From a phage: DNA of 64,000 nucleotides. The notes beneath the pieces are model-generated. The model did no database searches. It saw only the letters and a list, made by a program, of their open reading frames with translations, and was not told the DNA's origin. A program made the position numbers and the translations under genes. Of the stretch, positions 33,400-42,713 are shown piece after piece; positions within the stretch are counted from its first letter, which is position 1; each line of letters begins with the position of its first letter. Location: the sequence record PQ724394.1; one strand, written 5' to 3'.

Positions 33400-34266
33400 A
33401 TGATTACACTTAAAATAAATGGTCCTAGATATGAATTAGTTGGAAGAACTGTAACCTTTTATACCGGGTTTGTATTACCGCCCGGTTCTACTCTAGACGA
33501 TGTAGAAATTAATTGGTATAAAAACGATGTCCATATTCCACAACTTCCTACCGAGGACCCTTTTGAATTAAATTTGTGGGAAGTAGGATTCCCTGCTGCC
33601 GGAACATTTTATGCGACTATAACAAATAAGAAAAGTGGAGAAATAACTAAGAGTAATGAAATAGAACTTGAAATAGGTACCCTTCCAAGAAGGGTTATTT
33701 TAGATATAAATTCAAGACGATTAATATACGCTAATATAGGAGAAACTGTTGCACTTAGGCCATCATGTAGAGTAGAGCCTTCTTATGCGGAAAGGGTTTG
33801 TAGATGGTACAGAGACGGAGTCGAATTATCTAAAGATGAAGATATCGATATATTAATAGACAACTCTAGTAAATTCGGGGAGTATACATTAAAATCTATA
33901 GGAACTTGTGAAGGAGCATATATCCCTGCTTCTGAAGAACTTTTAGTTGAAATAAAACCTAGGGATGATGTATTGCAGTGCCCTTTCATATATGATAACG
34001 ACCTTAATGCTTATTTACCATATGGCGGTGGAAGAAATGAATCGTATATGTGGATAGGTTGGTGGGTATGGGACGAAATAAGAGAAGCCGTTAGATTGGG
34101 AGAAGATTGGACTTTGGATATAAACAACAGCCCATACAAGTATAAATGTGAGTTACAAAAAGTAGCCGACCTTTTGTCTAAGTATCCTGAAGTAGAGATA
34201 CAAGAGTCGAGAAATGGCTACATCTTAGAAAGGAAGGACTTAGTTTACGTCCCTCCTGAAAAATAA
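33400..34266 (+). CDS. Hoc-like protein 2: Ig-like N-terminal region plus conserved Hoc-type C-terminal module
   Basis: 288 aa; AAGGAGG ribosome-binding site 10 nt after the collagen-like gene stop; C-terminal ~70 aa (YMWIGWWVWDEI...YPEVEIQESRNGYILER) matches the C-terminus of the 470-aa Hoc at 34540-35952. Confidence 0.65.
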   Translation: MITLKINGPRYELVGRTVTFYTGFVLPPGSTLDDVEINWYKNDVHIPQLPTEDPFELNLWEVGFPAAGTFYATITNKKSGEITKSNEIELEIGTLPRRVILDINSRRLIYANIGETVALRPSCRVEPSYAERVCRWYRDGVELSKDEDIDILIDNSSKFGEYTLKSIGTCEGAYIPASEELLVEIKPRDDVLQCPFIYDNDLNAYLPYGGGRNESYMWIGWWVWDEIREAVRLGEDWTLDINNSPYKYKCELQKVADLLSKYPEVEIQESRNGYILERKDLVYVPPEK

Positions 34267-34270
34267 TAAA

Positions 34271-34289
34271 GGGCCTACGGGCCCTTTTT
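34271..34289 (+). terminator. intrinsic terminator after the Hoc-like 2 gene
   Basis: gggcc-tacg-ggccc followed by ttttt. Confidence 0.75.
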
Positions 34290-34454
34290 GGTTTGTAAAA
34301 TTTTATCTATAGTAGCTATTATCCCGAAAAATGAACTAATGCATGAGAAAAGAGCCAATATAGAAGCAAACAACCCACTAGTTAATGAAATTAACGAAAA
34401 CAAAAACAGCACTATAAAGAAAACCAACAACCCTATATCTTTGTTAAATTTCAT
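34275..34454 (-). CDS. candidate small hydrophobic protein (59 aa), not in the ORF track
   Basis: Minus-strand ATG at 34454 preceded by AGGTGG; translation MKFNKDIGLLVFFIVLFLFSLISLTSGLFASILALFSCISSFFGIIATIDKILQTKKGP; AT-rich region, so chance ORF not excluded. Confidence 0.3.
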   Translation of the reverse strand: MKFNKDIGLLVFFIVLFLFSLISLTSGLFASILALFSCISSFFGIIATIDKILQTKKGP

Positions 34455-34521
34455 ATATCCACCTATTAAAAATTATTCGTCAATAACTTAATCTCCCGAA
34501 ACACTATCATAAACTAAATAA

Positions 34522-34535
34522 GGGCCTTGCGGCCC
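34522..34535. terminator. bidirectional terminator-like hairpin downstream of hoc
   Basis: gggcc-ttgc-ggccc flanked by A/T-rich sequence on both sides, immediately after the hoc stop. Confidence 0.6.
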
Positions 34536-34539
34536 TTTA

Positions 34540-35952
34540 TTAATAAACGTAATCGTAAATAATTCCAGCATCCAAAGCGGTTCTGTGAATAATTCTACCA
34601 TTACGAGATTCCTGTACATCAACCTCAGGATAATCGGCTACCATTTTTTGAAGGGTATAACGATGGAGATAATATTCACTATCAGGTTCGTCAGTTTTCC
34701 AGTCTTTGCCTTCAAGGGTCATTTTCTGAATTTCGTCCATAACCCACCAACCACACCAAATATAAGCTGAATTACGAACTGGTAGCGGATGAACGTAAGG
34801 TAGTTCGCCCTCTGGTTCAGGAGCTACTTTAGCCGTAATTGTTACATTACCTGTTTTTTTGACAGTCACAGGATTATAGTCGGTAGCCGAAACAACAGCA
34901 GAAACTTCAATAACCTGTGAACCTTCAGCGCTTGTGTCAATTACTAATGTATCCGTAGCACCCACAACAGGTGAACCATCTTTCTTCCAAGAATAAGCAA
35001 AAGTAGCACCACTAGGCGCACCGACTACCGTGGCTTTAAAAGAAGCCGGGATTCCTTCAGAGACAGTAATAGAAGCAGGCGTTAAATTAACAGAAACACC
35101 TGTCATAGTCTTTTTAGTAATTGTTACACTTCCTGTTTTGGTAACGGTTAAATCATTATAATCCGTACCTTTTAGGAGTACCGAAACTTCAATAGAGTAA
35201 GAACCTATTGTAGACGTATCAACAGCAAGAGTATTACTGCTTTCGCCCGGAATAATAGAACCATCTTTCTTCCAAGAATAAGTTGCATTTACGCCGGAAG
35301 GAGCACCAACTACATCCGCTTTAAACTGTGCAGATGAGTCTTTCTCTGTACTAATTGAGGCGGGCGTTAAAGTAACAGAAACACCTGATATAGTTTTCTT
35401 AACAAAAGTTACCGCAACACCTTTAGTAGCGGTACCCGGGTCATATTCAGGGGCGGTAACAGTAACTTCACAGTTCAACGTGTAATTTGCTTCTGCTGCT
35501 TCGGTTACAGTAATAGTTTTACCAGTTTGTCCAGAGATTACGCTGGTGTTACGTTTCCAAACATAAGCAATTGTTGCGCCTGCAGGTGCACCCGTCACGT
35601 TAGCAGTAACAACTTGAGATTGGCCAACTTCTTTAGAAACAGAAATAGGGTCTAAGGCCAAAGAAATAGACATGGTCTTATTAGCTACGGTAACTTCAAA
35701 AGTATCTTCAGCTACCTCAGGTTCGCCTTCAGCCGGAGTAGAAGTTGCTACTACTTTTAAAACTTTCTTACCTGCAGGTGAAGCACCTGTATATTTCAAA
35801 ACATTGGTTGCTTCTGGATTAGAAGCACCATCAATAGACCATACATATGTAATGGTTCCTTCTACAGCTGCACCTGTTGCGGTAGCAGTGTAGTTAGCAC
35901 TTTCGCCTATTTTAATAGACGCTGTGCCGGCTATACTTACAGTAAAAGCCAT
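34540..35952 (-). CDS. hoc: Hoc-like outer capsid decoration protein with four Ig-like repeats and C-terminal capsid-binding-type module
   Basis: 470 aa; tandem ~95-aa Thr/Ser/Val-rich repeats; C-terminal module shared with the 288-aa paralogue; position between inh and the accessory cassette as for T4 hoc. Confidence 0.75.
   Translation of the reverse strand: MAFTVSIAGTASIKIGESANYTATATGAAVEGTITYVWSIDGASNPEATNVLKYTGASPAGKKVLKVVATSTPAEGEPEVAEDTFEVTVANKTMSISLALDPISVSKEVGQSQVVTANVTGAPAGATIAYVWKRNTSVISGQTGKTITVTEAAEANYTLNCEVTVTAPEYDPGTATKGVAVTFVKKTISGVSVTLTPASISTEKDSSAQFKADVVGAPSGVNATYSWKKDGSIIPGESSNTLAVDTSTIGSYSIEVSVLLKGTDYNDLTVTKTGSVTITKKTMTGVSVNLTPASITVSEGIPASFKATVVGAPSGATFAYSWKKDGSPVVGATDTLVIDTSAEGSQVIEVSAVVSATDYNPVTVKKTGNVTITAKVAPEPEGELPYVHPLPVRNSAYIWCGWWVMDEIQKMTLEGKDWKTDEPDSEYYLHRYTLQKMVADYPEVDVQESRNGRIIHRTALDAGIIYDYVY
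34815..35685 (-). repeat. tandem Ig-like domain repeats within hoc
   Basis: Repeated protein units (KKTISGVSVTLTPASIS..., KKTMTGVSVNLTPASIT...) with corresponding DNA similarity. Confidence 0.7.
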
Positions 35953-35961
35953 AGTTTACCC

Positions 35962-36633
35962 TTATTTTAAAGTTACAAAAGATGAATTACGTGTTTCACG
36001 TACTAATACTGAGCCATTACGATTGATGTAATAAATCAGACTGAATAATGTTTGGTGGGCAGAAGGGTGTTGGAAATCTTTAGGACGTTCTTTCCAATCA
36101 GGGGTTTCAGAAATCCATTGATAAATCCACCAAGGAACAGTACAGTAACCAGGGTTTTTACCAATAAGCAAAAGATTAGGACTAAAGTTTTCAGGCAAAG
36201 AGAATACAGGTTTTTCCGATTCAATAACCTTGGTTACGGCCTCTTTGAATTTCTCTTCGACAAACGGAACATCTTCTTCAATAATCTCTACCTTAGGAAG
36301 TTCGGCTACCTCAATAACTTCAACTACAGCTTCAGGGGCATCAAATAATAGGGTAGCTTCTTCTTTGGCAGGTTCCGCGCCATCAACAAATTCGTTAGCG
36401 CCTGTAAGTTCGTCGGCGGCATCAATCAAATCAGAAATAGACAAACCTTCGGTTTCTGGAAGTGGTTCATCAGCCAAGGCTTTAAGGCCTTCAGAGATAT
36501 CGATAATCAAATTATCAAACGAACGGGTTTTCTTAAGTTTTAAACCGAATTGTTCGCCGTATTCGATTAACTTAGCTTTAGCTTCTTTTTTATCTTCGAG
36601 TGCACGAAGCTCTTCAATATATTGAGTATCCAT
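35962..36633 (-). CDS. inh: Inh-like protein (putative inhibitor of prohead protease)
   Basis: 223 aa (T4 Inh about 226 aa); immediately upstream of hoc on the same strand as in T4; called by synteny and size only. Confidence 0.5.
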   Translation of the reverse strand: MDTQYIEELRALEDKKEAKAKLIEYGEQFGLKLKKTRSFDNLIIDISEGLKALADEPLPETEGLSISDLIDAADELTGANEFVDGAEPAKEEATLLFDAPEAVVEVIEVAELPKVEIIEEDVPFVEEKFKEAVTKVIESEKPVFSLPENFSPNLLLIGKNPGYCTVPWWIYQWISETPDWKERPKDFQHPSAHQTLFSLIYYINRNGSVLVRETRNSSFVTLK

Positions 36634-36652
36634 AATTAGTCTCTTGTTGGTG

Positions 36653-36660
36653 TATAAATA
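36653..36660 (+). promoter_or_regulatory. T4-type late promoter (TATAAATA) for uvsW
   Basis: Exact TATAAATA about 29 nt upstream of the uvsW ATG. Confidence 0.55.
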
Positions 36661-36666
36661 TAATTA

Positions 36667-36674
36667 TATTTATA
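36667..36674 (-). promoter_or_regulatory. T4-type late promoter (TATAAATA on minus strand) for inh-hoc
   Basis: Plus-strand TATTTATA, i.e. TATAAATA on minus, about 34 nt upstream of the inh ATG; divergent with the uvsW promoter. Confidence 0.5.
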
Positions 36675-36688
36675 ACTGAGAATTAGAC

Positions 36689-38185
36689 ATGCAAATTCAA
36701 GTACATTTTGATAATTTTAGTCATGTTCGTGTTGAGTGTGATGAATCCACCTTCTACGAACTCAGAGACTATTTCAGCTTTGAAGCTGATGGATATAAAT
36801 TTAACCCTAAATACCGTTACGGGCAATGGGATGGGAGAATTCGTCTTCTAGATTATAACCGTAAACTTCCGTATGGTCTAGTCCCACAAATTAAAAAATT
36901 CGCTGACCAGTTTGAATACTCTCTTTGGATAGACCCACGTATTCTTGAACAGGAAGATATTTCACGTGAAGATTTTGACTCATGGGTAGCTTCACAGGAG
37001 ATTTATTCAGGTTCTACCAGGATTGAGCCACATTGGTATCAGAATGAAGCCGTATACAACGGTCTGACAAAACGTCGTGCAATTCTGAATTTACCTACAT
37101 CTGCAGGTAAATCATTGATTCAGGCGCTCCTGAGTCGATATTACGTTGAGAACTATGAAGGTAAAATTCTTATCTTAGTTCCTACTACTGCACTTGTCGA
37201 TCAGATGATTAATGACTTCATTGATTATCGTTTGTTCCCTAAAGCTGCTATGCTTGGTATTCGTTCAGGTACTGCTCGTGATTCCGATGCAATGATTTAT
37301 GTTTCAACTTATCAAACGGCTATTAAACAACCTAAAGAATGGTTTGCTCAGTTTGGTATGTTTATGAACGACGAATGCCATTTGGCGACAGGTAAATCAA
37401 TTTCTACCATCATCGAAGGCCTTACCAATTGTATGTTTAAATTCGGTTTGTCCGGTTCTTTAAAAGACGGTAAAGCCAATTTAATGCAATATATGGGTTT
37501 GTTTGGTGATGTGTTTAAGCCAGTATCCACTTCACAGTTAATGGAAGAAGGACAGGTTACAGACCTTAAAATCAACAGTATCTTCCTTCGTTATCCGGAT
37601 GAATTCACTGTTAAGATGAAAGGTAAAGATTACCAATCAGAAATCAAGGTCATTACTAAGGCTACTCGTCGTAATAAATGGGTTGCTAATTTAGCTGTTA
37701 AACTCGCTAAGAAAGAAGAGAACGTATTCCTGATGTTTAAAAACATCGAACACGGTAAAACTCTTTTTGAAATGGTTAAAGAGCAACATAAAGAAGTTTA
37801 TTACGTATCAGGTGAAGTTAATACCGAAACGCGTAATGCTCTGAAAGTAATGGCGGAAAATGGTAAGGGTATTATTGTTGTGGCAAGTTATGGTGTGTTC
37901 TCTACTGGTATTTCCGTTAAGAACCTTCACCATGTTGTATTTGCTCATCCAGTAAAATCCAAAATCATTGTACTCCAGACAATTGGTCGTGTACTCCGTA
38001 AACATGCTTCTAAATCAACAGCACAAGTTTGGGACATTATAGACGACATGGGCGTTAAGCCTAAATCAGCAAATGCTAAAAAGAAATATGTTCATTTGAA
38101 TTACGCATTAAAACATGCCTTAGAACGTATTCAACGTTATGCTGACGAGAAATTTAATTACGTAATGAAACAGGTGGATTTATGA
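36689..38185 (+). CDS. uvsW: UvsW DNA helicase (recombination/repair)
   Basis: 498 aa; helicase motifs LNLPTSAGKS (Walker A) and DECH; N-terminus VHFDNFSHVRVECDESTFYELRDYFSFEADGYKFNP closely matches T4 UvsW. Confidence 0.9.
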   Translation: MQIQVHFDNFSHVRVECDESTFYELRDYFSFEADGYKFNPKYRYGQWDGRIRLLDYNRKLPYGLVPQIKKFADQFEYSLWIDPRILEQEDISREDFDSWVASQEIYSGSTRIEPHWYQNEAVYNGLTKRRAILNLPTSAGKSLIQALLSRYYVENYEGKILILVPTTALVDQMINDFIDYRLFPKAAMLGIRSGTARDSDAMIYVSTYQTAIKQPKEWFAQFGMFMNDECHLATGKSISTIIEGLTNCMFKFGLSGSLKDGKANLMQYMGLFGDVFKPVSTSQLMEEGQVTDLKINSIFLRYPDEFTVKMKGKDYQSEIKVITKATRRNKWVANLAVKLAKKEENVFLMFKNIEHGKTLFEMVKEQHKEVYYVSGEVNTETRNALKVMAENGKGIIVVASYGVFSTGISVKNLHHVVFAHPVKSKIIVLQTIGRVLRKHASKSTAQVWDIIDDMGVKPKSANAKKKYVHLNYALKHALERIQRYADEKFNYVMKQVDL

Positions 38186-38409
38186 AGTCCTTTAAAGAAG
38201 TTATCTATGAAGCCTCTATCGAGAGCTTCATGTCTAAAATTAGTTCTTGTCAGACCATGGAAGGTCTGGAGGAATTAGAGAAGTATTACAAAACTCGTAG
38301 TAAGGAAGCCGAACTTCGTGATTCGGATGATATCAGCGTACGCGATGCATTGGCTGGTAAGAGAGCCGAATTGGAGTCGATGGACGACGAGGAAGAGGAA
38401 GATTTCTAA
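38182..38409 (+). CDS. uvsW.1: UvsW.1 small acidic protein
   Basis: 75 aa ORF overlapping the uvsW stop (ATGA); acidic C-terminus; same arrangement as T4 uvsW.1. Confidence 0.7.
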   Translation: MKSFKEVIYEASIESFMSKISSCQTMEGLEELEKYYKTRSKEAELRDSDDISVRDALAGKRAELESMDDEEEEDF

Positions 38410-38416
38410 ACAAAAA

Positions 38417-38440
38417 GGGCCCAACCTTTCGGAAGGGCCA
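38417..38440. terminator. terminator-like hairpin between uvsW.1 and the convergent minus-strand genes
   Basis: gggccc...cctt-tcgg-aagg...gggcc nested stem-loop preceded by an A-run. Confidence 0.45.
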
Positions 38441-38469
38441 ATAACCATAAAATGGCTATACACACTAGA

Positions 38470-38637
38470 CTAAAGTAATAATTGTGTTTCGTTCAGCTGT
38501 TCTTCAGTGTTTTCCGTAACAGGCATGCTTTGAACGTAATTATAACATGAACCCGGATGAACCGGACCTTTTTCTGTTTCAACAACCAATGCAGCATCGA
38601 TTGGAGTTTTACAGACAACGCAAATCTTATCTGACAT
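38470..38637 (-). CDS. candidate small Cys-containing protein (55 aa), not in the ORF track
   Basis: ATG at 38637 preceded by TAAGGAGA; translation MSDKICVVCKTPIDAALVVETEKGPVHPGSCYNY... with CxxC and a downstream Cys. Confidence 0.4.
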   Translation of the reverse strand: MSDKICVVCKTPIDAALVVETEKGPVHPGSCYNYVQSMPVTENTEEQLNETQLLL

Positions 38638-38665
38638 GATTGTCTCCTTAGTTTAACTTACATAT

Positions 38666-38764
38666 CTATTTATTACTTGCTAAAGCGGCATTAATGAATT
38701 CTTGGAGAAGTTTCATCTTATCGGCATCTACTTTAATGGGTTTGGTATTTTTAGTACGTCTCAT
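38666..38764 (-). CDS. candidate 32-aa micro-ORF translationally coupled to uvsY
   Basis: ATG overlaps the uvsY stop (TAATG); very short, so weak. Confidence 0.2.
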   Translation of the reverse strand: MRRTKNTKPIKVDADKMKLLQEFINAALASNK

Positions 38765-39198
38765 TATTTGCCAGCCTCAAATTGTCTCATCTCATGCATG
38801 GTCTTAAGGTTAAAACCTCGCGCCTTAATAGCATCAAGTGCCGAACTACAAAAGTCCTGTAATAAAGCCCAATACTGGATTGATGTATCTATTTTAATCA
38901 CGCTAGAATCTGCGGCCATTACAGTCTTTAATTCTGACTTCTCGTATTGGTCCATACAAACCTCATCACCAGGCTCTCCACGTCCCGTGTAGAAATCTAA
39001 TCGCTTCTTAAGAGAGGTCTTTTTCTGGATTTCTAATCGCATTATCTCTTTCTTACAATTCGTATACAGCCTTAGCCATTTGCTGTGCAGCAAAACGTTG
39101 TTCTGTACTTCATACTGTAAACGAGTCCCATCAATCTTTAAATCTTCATCTAATGCATCTTGGAATGATTCCAATTTATATTCAATCTCTTTACTCAT
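38764..39198 (-). CDS. uvsY: UvsY recombination mediator
   Basis: Internal ATG at 39198 (MSKEIEY...); sequence LQYEVQNNVLLHSKWL...RGFNLKTMHEMRQFEAGK closely matches T4 UvsY. Confidence 0.85.
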   Translation of the reverse strand: MSKEIEYKLESFQDALDEDLKIDGTRLQYEVQNNVLLHSKWLRLYTNCKKEIMRLEIQKKTSLKKRLDFYTGRGEPGDEVCMDQYEKSELKTVMAADSSVIKIDTSIQYWALLQDFCSSALDAIKARGFNLKTMHEMRQFEAGK

Positions 39199-39229
39199 CG
39201 CATGTTTCCTGTGTAATAACCATAGGACC

Positions 39230-39256
39230 ATTATACACTATTCATTTGAACAGCAA
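39230..39256 (-). promoter_or_regulatory. middle-promoter-like element upstream of uvsY
   Basis: Minus strand: TTGCTGTTCA (MotA-box-like), 11 nt, perfect TATAAT. Confidence 0.35.
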
Positions 39257-39646
39257 TTAACCACTCTGTGAGAGCTGGATTCTAATTTGCTCTAATGTAT
39301 CCGGGTCGTCAACAATACTAAACTGGACGGTTACTATAATAGAGTTGTCATCATAAACAGGGGTAACGCCTACGGCAAGAGCAGAAATTCTAGGTTCGAA
39401 GTTCCGCACAGCGGAAACTATATTACGCTTAATGGTATCCGTGATTAATGGGGTAATATTTTCAAATAGTTGATTACTGATATCACAACCAAATTCAGGC
39501 ATAAAAGGGCGAGAACCTTTACGAGTAGTAATAATGCCTAACAAACTATTTTTTACTGCACGGGCCCCTGTAGCTTTAGCGACGTCTCTATTCCAAGACG
39601 TCCTCATTTCAGGGTCTAAATCTGAATACATTTTATCGATATTCAT
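39257..39646 (-). CDS. 25: baseplate wedge protein gp25
   Basis: 129 aa; LLGIITTRKGSRPFMPEFGCD and VYDDNSIIV motifs match T4 gp25. Confidence 0.9.
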   Translation of the reverse strand: MNIDKMYSDLDPEMRTSWNRDVAKATGARAVKNSLLGIITTRKGSRPFMPEFGCDISNQLFENITPLITDTIKRNIVSAVRNFEPRISALAVGVTPVYDDNSIIVTVQFSIVDDPDTLEQIRIQLSQSG

Positions 39647-40269
39647 TACATCACCTTAAAGAACTCTTTAAGTCCCTCAATAACGTGGACGGTATGCTCA
39701 CCACATTCACAAGAAATAGGTATGGCCAAAATAGGCTTAGGGGCGACTAGAGCATCATAAATTTCTTTTACATCTTTTTCCGTTATCACAGAATAAAGGT
39801 CGTCTAGTTCCGCATCACTTAAATCAGAAAGAAGAAGCTTTTCGCCTGCAGAAGTTAAAATATAATCGATACATCCTGCAACCATCATAGCCCTATTTTT
39901 GTCTTCAAAGAGCTTAGGATATCTGAACACTATTTTAAAGTTGCCGAAGTCCTTAATAATATCAGGCTCTTTACCTAATGTAGCGCGAGTTAATGTCATA
40001 GGGACAACCTGTGAGCGACCACAACTGCAAACCCACTCACGTTCTATATTCACTTCAGCCAGTGAATGAGCCCACAGGTTTATCACCAGGAGCTCAGATT
40101 CTTGCTTGTTTAAACCACGAGCATCTGTGCAATTCAAAATGAGTTCATTGATAAAGGGCTCTATTCTGTCTTCTAATTTAGCTTGGAGCAAGTCCTTATA
40201 CTCTCTGAGGGTAAATGCTCTGCATTTTATGGTCTTGTTTTTAATTTTTACGTCAAAAGTATAATTCAT
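39646..40269 (-). CDS. 26: baseplate hub protein gp26
   Basis: 207 aa (T4 gp26 208 aa); overlaps gene 25 start; synteny. Confidence 0.8.
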   Translation of the reverse strand: MNYTFDVKIKNKTIKCRAFTLREYKDLLQAKLEDRIEPFINELILNCTDARGLNKQESELLVINLWAHSLAEVNIEREWVCSCGRSQVVPMTLTRATLGKEPDIIKDFGNFKIVFRYPKLFEDKNRAMMVAGCIDYILTSAGEKLLLSDLSDAELDDLYSVITEKDVKEIYDALVAPKPILAIPISCECGEHTVHVIEGLKEFFKVM

Positions 40270-40287
40270 TGTCTTCTCCTTTAAGCT

Positions 40288-40299
40288 TATTTATAAATA
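40288..40299. promoter_or_regulatory. palindromic divergent late promoter pair (TATTTATAAATA) for genes 26 and 51
   Basis: TATAAATA on plus (40292-40299) and on minus (40295-40288) overlap in a 12-nt palindrome between divergent start codons at 40269 and 40320. Confidence 0.55.
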
Positions 40300-40319
40300 C
40301 ATCAATAAGAGGATACCCT

Positions 40320-41072
40320 ATGGCTAATATAGTACGTTGCGAAATGCCTGATGGAGTCCACCGATTTAAACCTTTTACAGTAGCTGATTATCGTGATTTT
40401 ATTTTGATTCGAAATGATATGAATAATAAATCACCTGAAGAGCAAAAACAAATTTTAGATGAGTTACTGGAAGAATACTTTGGTGAGTACCCTGTGTCAT
40501 GGCGCCCATACATGTTTATTGAATTGTATACGTCATCTCTCGGCAAGACCAAAATTCCTATCCGATACACTTGCAGTAAGTGTGAAAAGGATAGACAAGT
40601 TTTATTCAATTTGAAGCAGACCAAGTTAGTCAACCCTACAATTGAAGTGGCCGGCTTGAAATTGACATTCAAATTCCCTGAAATAGAATATCATGATAAA
40701 TCTGAATTGATTTTGAATACCCTCCAGACAGTAGAAGATGAAAATGGGGTTTATAACTGGTCAGACCTTTCTGAAGAAGACCAGTTAGCCGTAATAGATG
40801 CTATAGACTTATCTACTTTAGAGGATATAGTCAAACAAACAAGCCCTATTCATTTCGAGCTCAAATATGGATGCTGTAATCGTAGAACAATTACATACAC
40901 TGACATTTTAGAAGTGTTTAAACTTATAGTCAATCCAGATGAGATATTTTTATTTTACCAAATAAACCATTTACTGGTAAAGAACAATTATTCATTAGAA
41001 AGCATTATGCAGATGATTCCAATCGAACGCGGTATTGCTTTGTCTTTGGTTGAAAAGGACCTTAAGAAATGA
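40320..41072 (+). CDS. 51: baseplate hub assembly protein gp51
   Basis: ATG at 40320 with AGAGGA ribosome-binding site (ORF-track start 40269 rejected as extension); 250 aa (T4 gp51 249 aa); synteny. Confidence 0.7.
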   Translation: MANIVRCEMPDGVHRFKPFTVADYRDFILIRNDMNNKSPEEQKQILDELLEEYFGEYPVSWRPYMFIELYTSSLGKTKIPIRYTCSKCEKDRQVLFNLKQTKLVNPTIEVAGLKLTFKFPEIEYHDKSELILNTLQTVEDENGVYNWSDLSEEDQLAVIDAIDLSTLEDIVKQTSPIHFELKYGCCNRRTITYTDILEVFKLIVNPDEIFLFYQINHLLVKNNYSLESIMQMIPIERGIALSLVEKDLKK

Positions 41073-42238
41073 GTTCAAAAACTATGCAGCGTGAAGGCTT
41101 TCCTAATATTAGTATACGCCTCTACGAAGATTATGACGCCTGGTTAGAGCATCGTTTTGTTGAACTAGGCGCGACATTTACTACCCTAACAATGCGAGAT
41201 GGTCTTTATGGTAATAATGAAGGATTGCTCCAGTTTTATGATGCAAAAAACCTTCATACTAAAATGGATGGTGAACAAATTATCCAAGTTTCTGTTAAGA
41301 ATGCCAACTCGGAACGTACCCAATCAAGAATTTACGGAAGTAAACACTTTGCAGTAGGGGTGGATTCTAAGGGCGACAATATCATAACAATACAACTCGC
41401 CCCTATCCACTTTTTAGAAAATCTTAAATTCGGACGTATGTTCTTCCCTAGTGTTCAAGAAACATTAACAGAAATGATTGGTGTTATTTACCAGGACCGA
41501 CCGCTCCTTGCACCTCCATTGAACGGGATAAACGTTTATGTTCCTAATGTTCCGTGGTGCGATTCTATGGACAGATATATGGAATTTGTACGAGAAGTTG
41601 GTATGGCTGTTGAATCCGATAAATTTGTATTTGTCTGGGAAGATATAGATGGTATTTCTATCATGGACTACGAATTTATGGTTAATCAAGAGCCTATCAA
41701 TTTTGTGGTTGGTGAGCCTCGTTTAATAGGCCAATACGTCCAAGATATGGATACTCCTATTGCATTTGATTTTGAGTGGTTAACTAAAGCCAACCAGCAT
41801 ACCCGAAAACCATACGAAAATGCTACAGTATATGCGCATTCGTTCTTAGATAAAAACGCTACACGAATTACTTTTGGTGATGGGCAAAACAGTATATTGG
41901 TTTCTCGTTCAGGTGGATATTCTGATTATACCTACCGAAACGGATTTGAAGAAGCTGATAGATTAGTTACAATGGCCCAGTATGACGGGTACGCTCATTG
42001 CAAGGTATATGGGAACTTTGAATTAACTCCTGGTGATAAGATTAACTTCTATGACCCTAAAAACCAATTCCAATACGATTTTTATGTAGACGAAGTTATT
42101 CATGAAGTGAGTAACAATACATCAATTACAAACCTTTATATGTTTACTAATGGTAAGCCTATTAAGATTGAAGAGCCACCGAAGGTTAAAAATGAACTTA
42201 AAACTGATACTCCCGATCAAGAAAATAACGCTGGGTGA
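41069..42238 (+). CDS. 27: baseplate hub protein gp27
   Basis: 389 aa (T4 gp27 391 aa); ATGA overlap with gene 51 stop. Confidence 0.85.
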   Translation: MSSKTMQREGFPNISIRLYEDYDAWLEHRFVELGATFTTLTMRDGLYGNNEGLLQFYDAKNLHTKMDGEQIIQVSVKNANSERTQSRIYGSKHFAVGVDSKGDNIITIQLAPIHFLENLKFGRMFFPSVQETLTEMIGVIYQDRPLLAPPLNGINVYVPNVPWCDSMDRYMEFVREVGMAVESDKFVFVWEDIDGISIMDYEFMVNQEPINFVVGEPRLIGQYVQDMDTPIAFDFEWLTKANQHTRKPYENATVYAHSFLDKNATRITFGDGQNSILVSRSGGYSDYTYRNGFEEADRLVTMAQYDGYAHCKVYGNFELTPGDKINFYDPKNQFQYDFYVDEVIHEVSNNTSITNLYMFTNGKPIKIEEPPKVKNELKTDTPDQENNAG

Positions 42239-42713
42239 TAAAGAGATTTCCATTCCTAAATTGGGTCTTAAACACCAAAAATTGGTTAAAGATGAAAAAG
42301 ACCCTTATAAAGCTCTTCATATATTAATGAGTTCCATTTATAAGGGTTTAACTGCAGCCGAAACCGATTTCGCTGCTCTTCATCTTTTAGAATTCAACGG
42401 ACGGTTAAAAGAAAAGGTAACTAAGGATGGGTTTACGTATAACCTAAATGACCTTTATATCTGCCAACGTCTTGAATTCCAATTCCAAGGTAAAACATTT
42501 AAATTTAAATCACACGAACCATTCCAAACATTTGGTCCTGTTGATAGTGTATTACAATCCCTTTACCTTGGGGACGATGTACCAGATTTTCTGGATATGC
42601 CTGCCTTTGTTGCTACATGGGCCGACGATATAACTTCTACTGTAGCTATCCCTGGTCCTAATGGTCCTATTAAAGGATTGCTTAAAATCATGGATATCTT
42701 AAATGAAGAATGA
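42192..42713 (+). CDS. 28: baseplate hub distal subunit gp28
   Basis: Internal ATG at 42192 with GAAGGT upstream; 173 aa (T4 gp28 177 aa); overlaps gene 27 end. Confidence 0.65.
   Translation: MNLKLILPIKKITLGDKEISIPKLGLKHQKLVKDEKDPYKALHILMSSIYKGLTAAETDFAALHLLEFNGRLKEKVTKDGFTYNLNDLYICQRLEFQFQGKTFKFKSHEPFQTFGPVDSVLQSLYLGDDVPDFLDMPAFVATWADDITSTVAIPGPNGPIKGLLKIMDILNEE

Noticed and set aside
34288-34491. 67-aa plus-strand ORF in the hoc-hoc spacer
   Set aside because: Begins with TTG inside the terminator T-run, Asn/Lys-rich, no ribosome-binding site; the minus-strand 59-codon ORF in the same spacer is the more plausible candidate.
36052-36625. Plus-strand ORFs (98 and 131 aa) inside inh
   Set aside because: Antisense to the inh gene; low-complexity translations; no start context.
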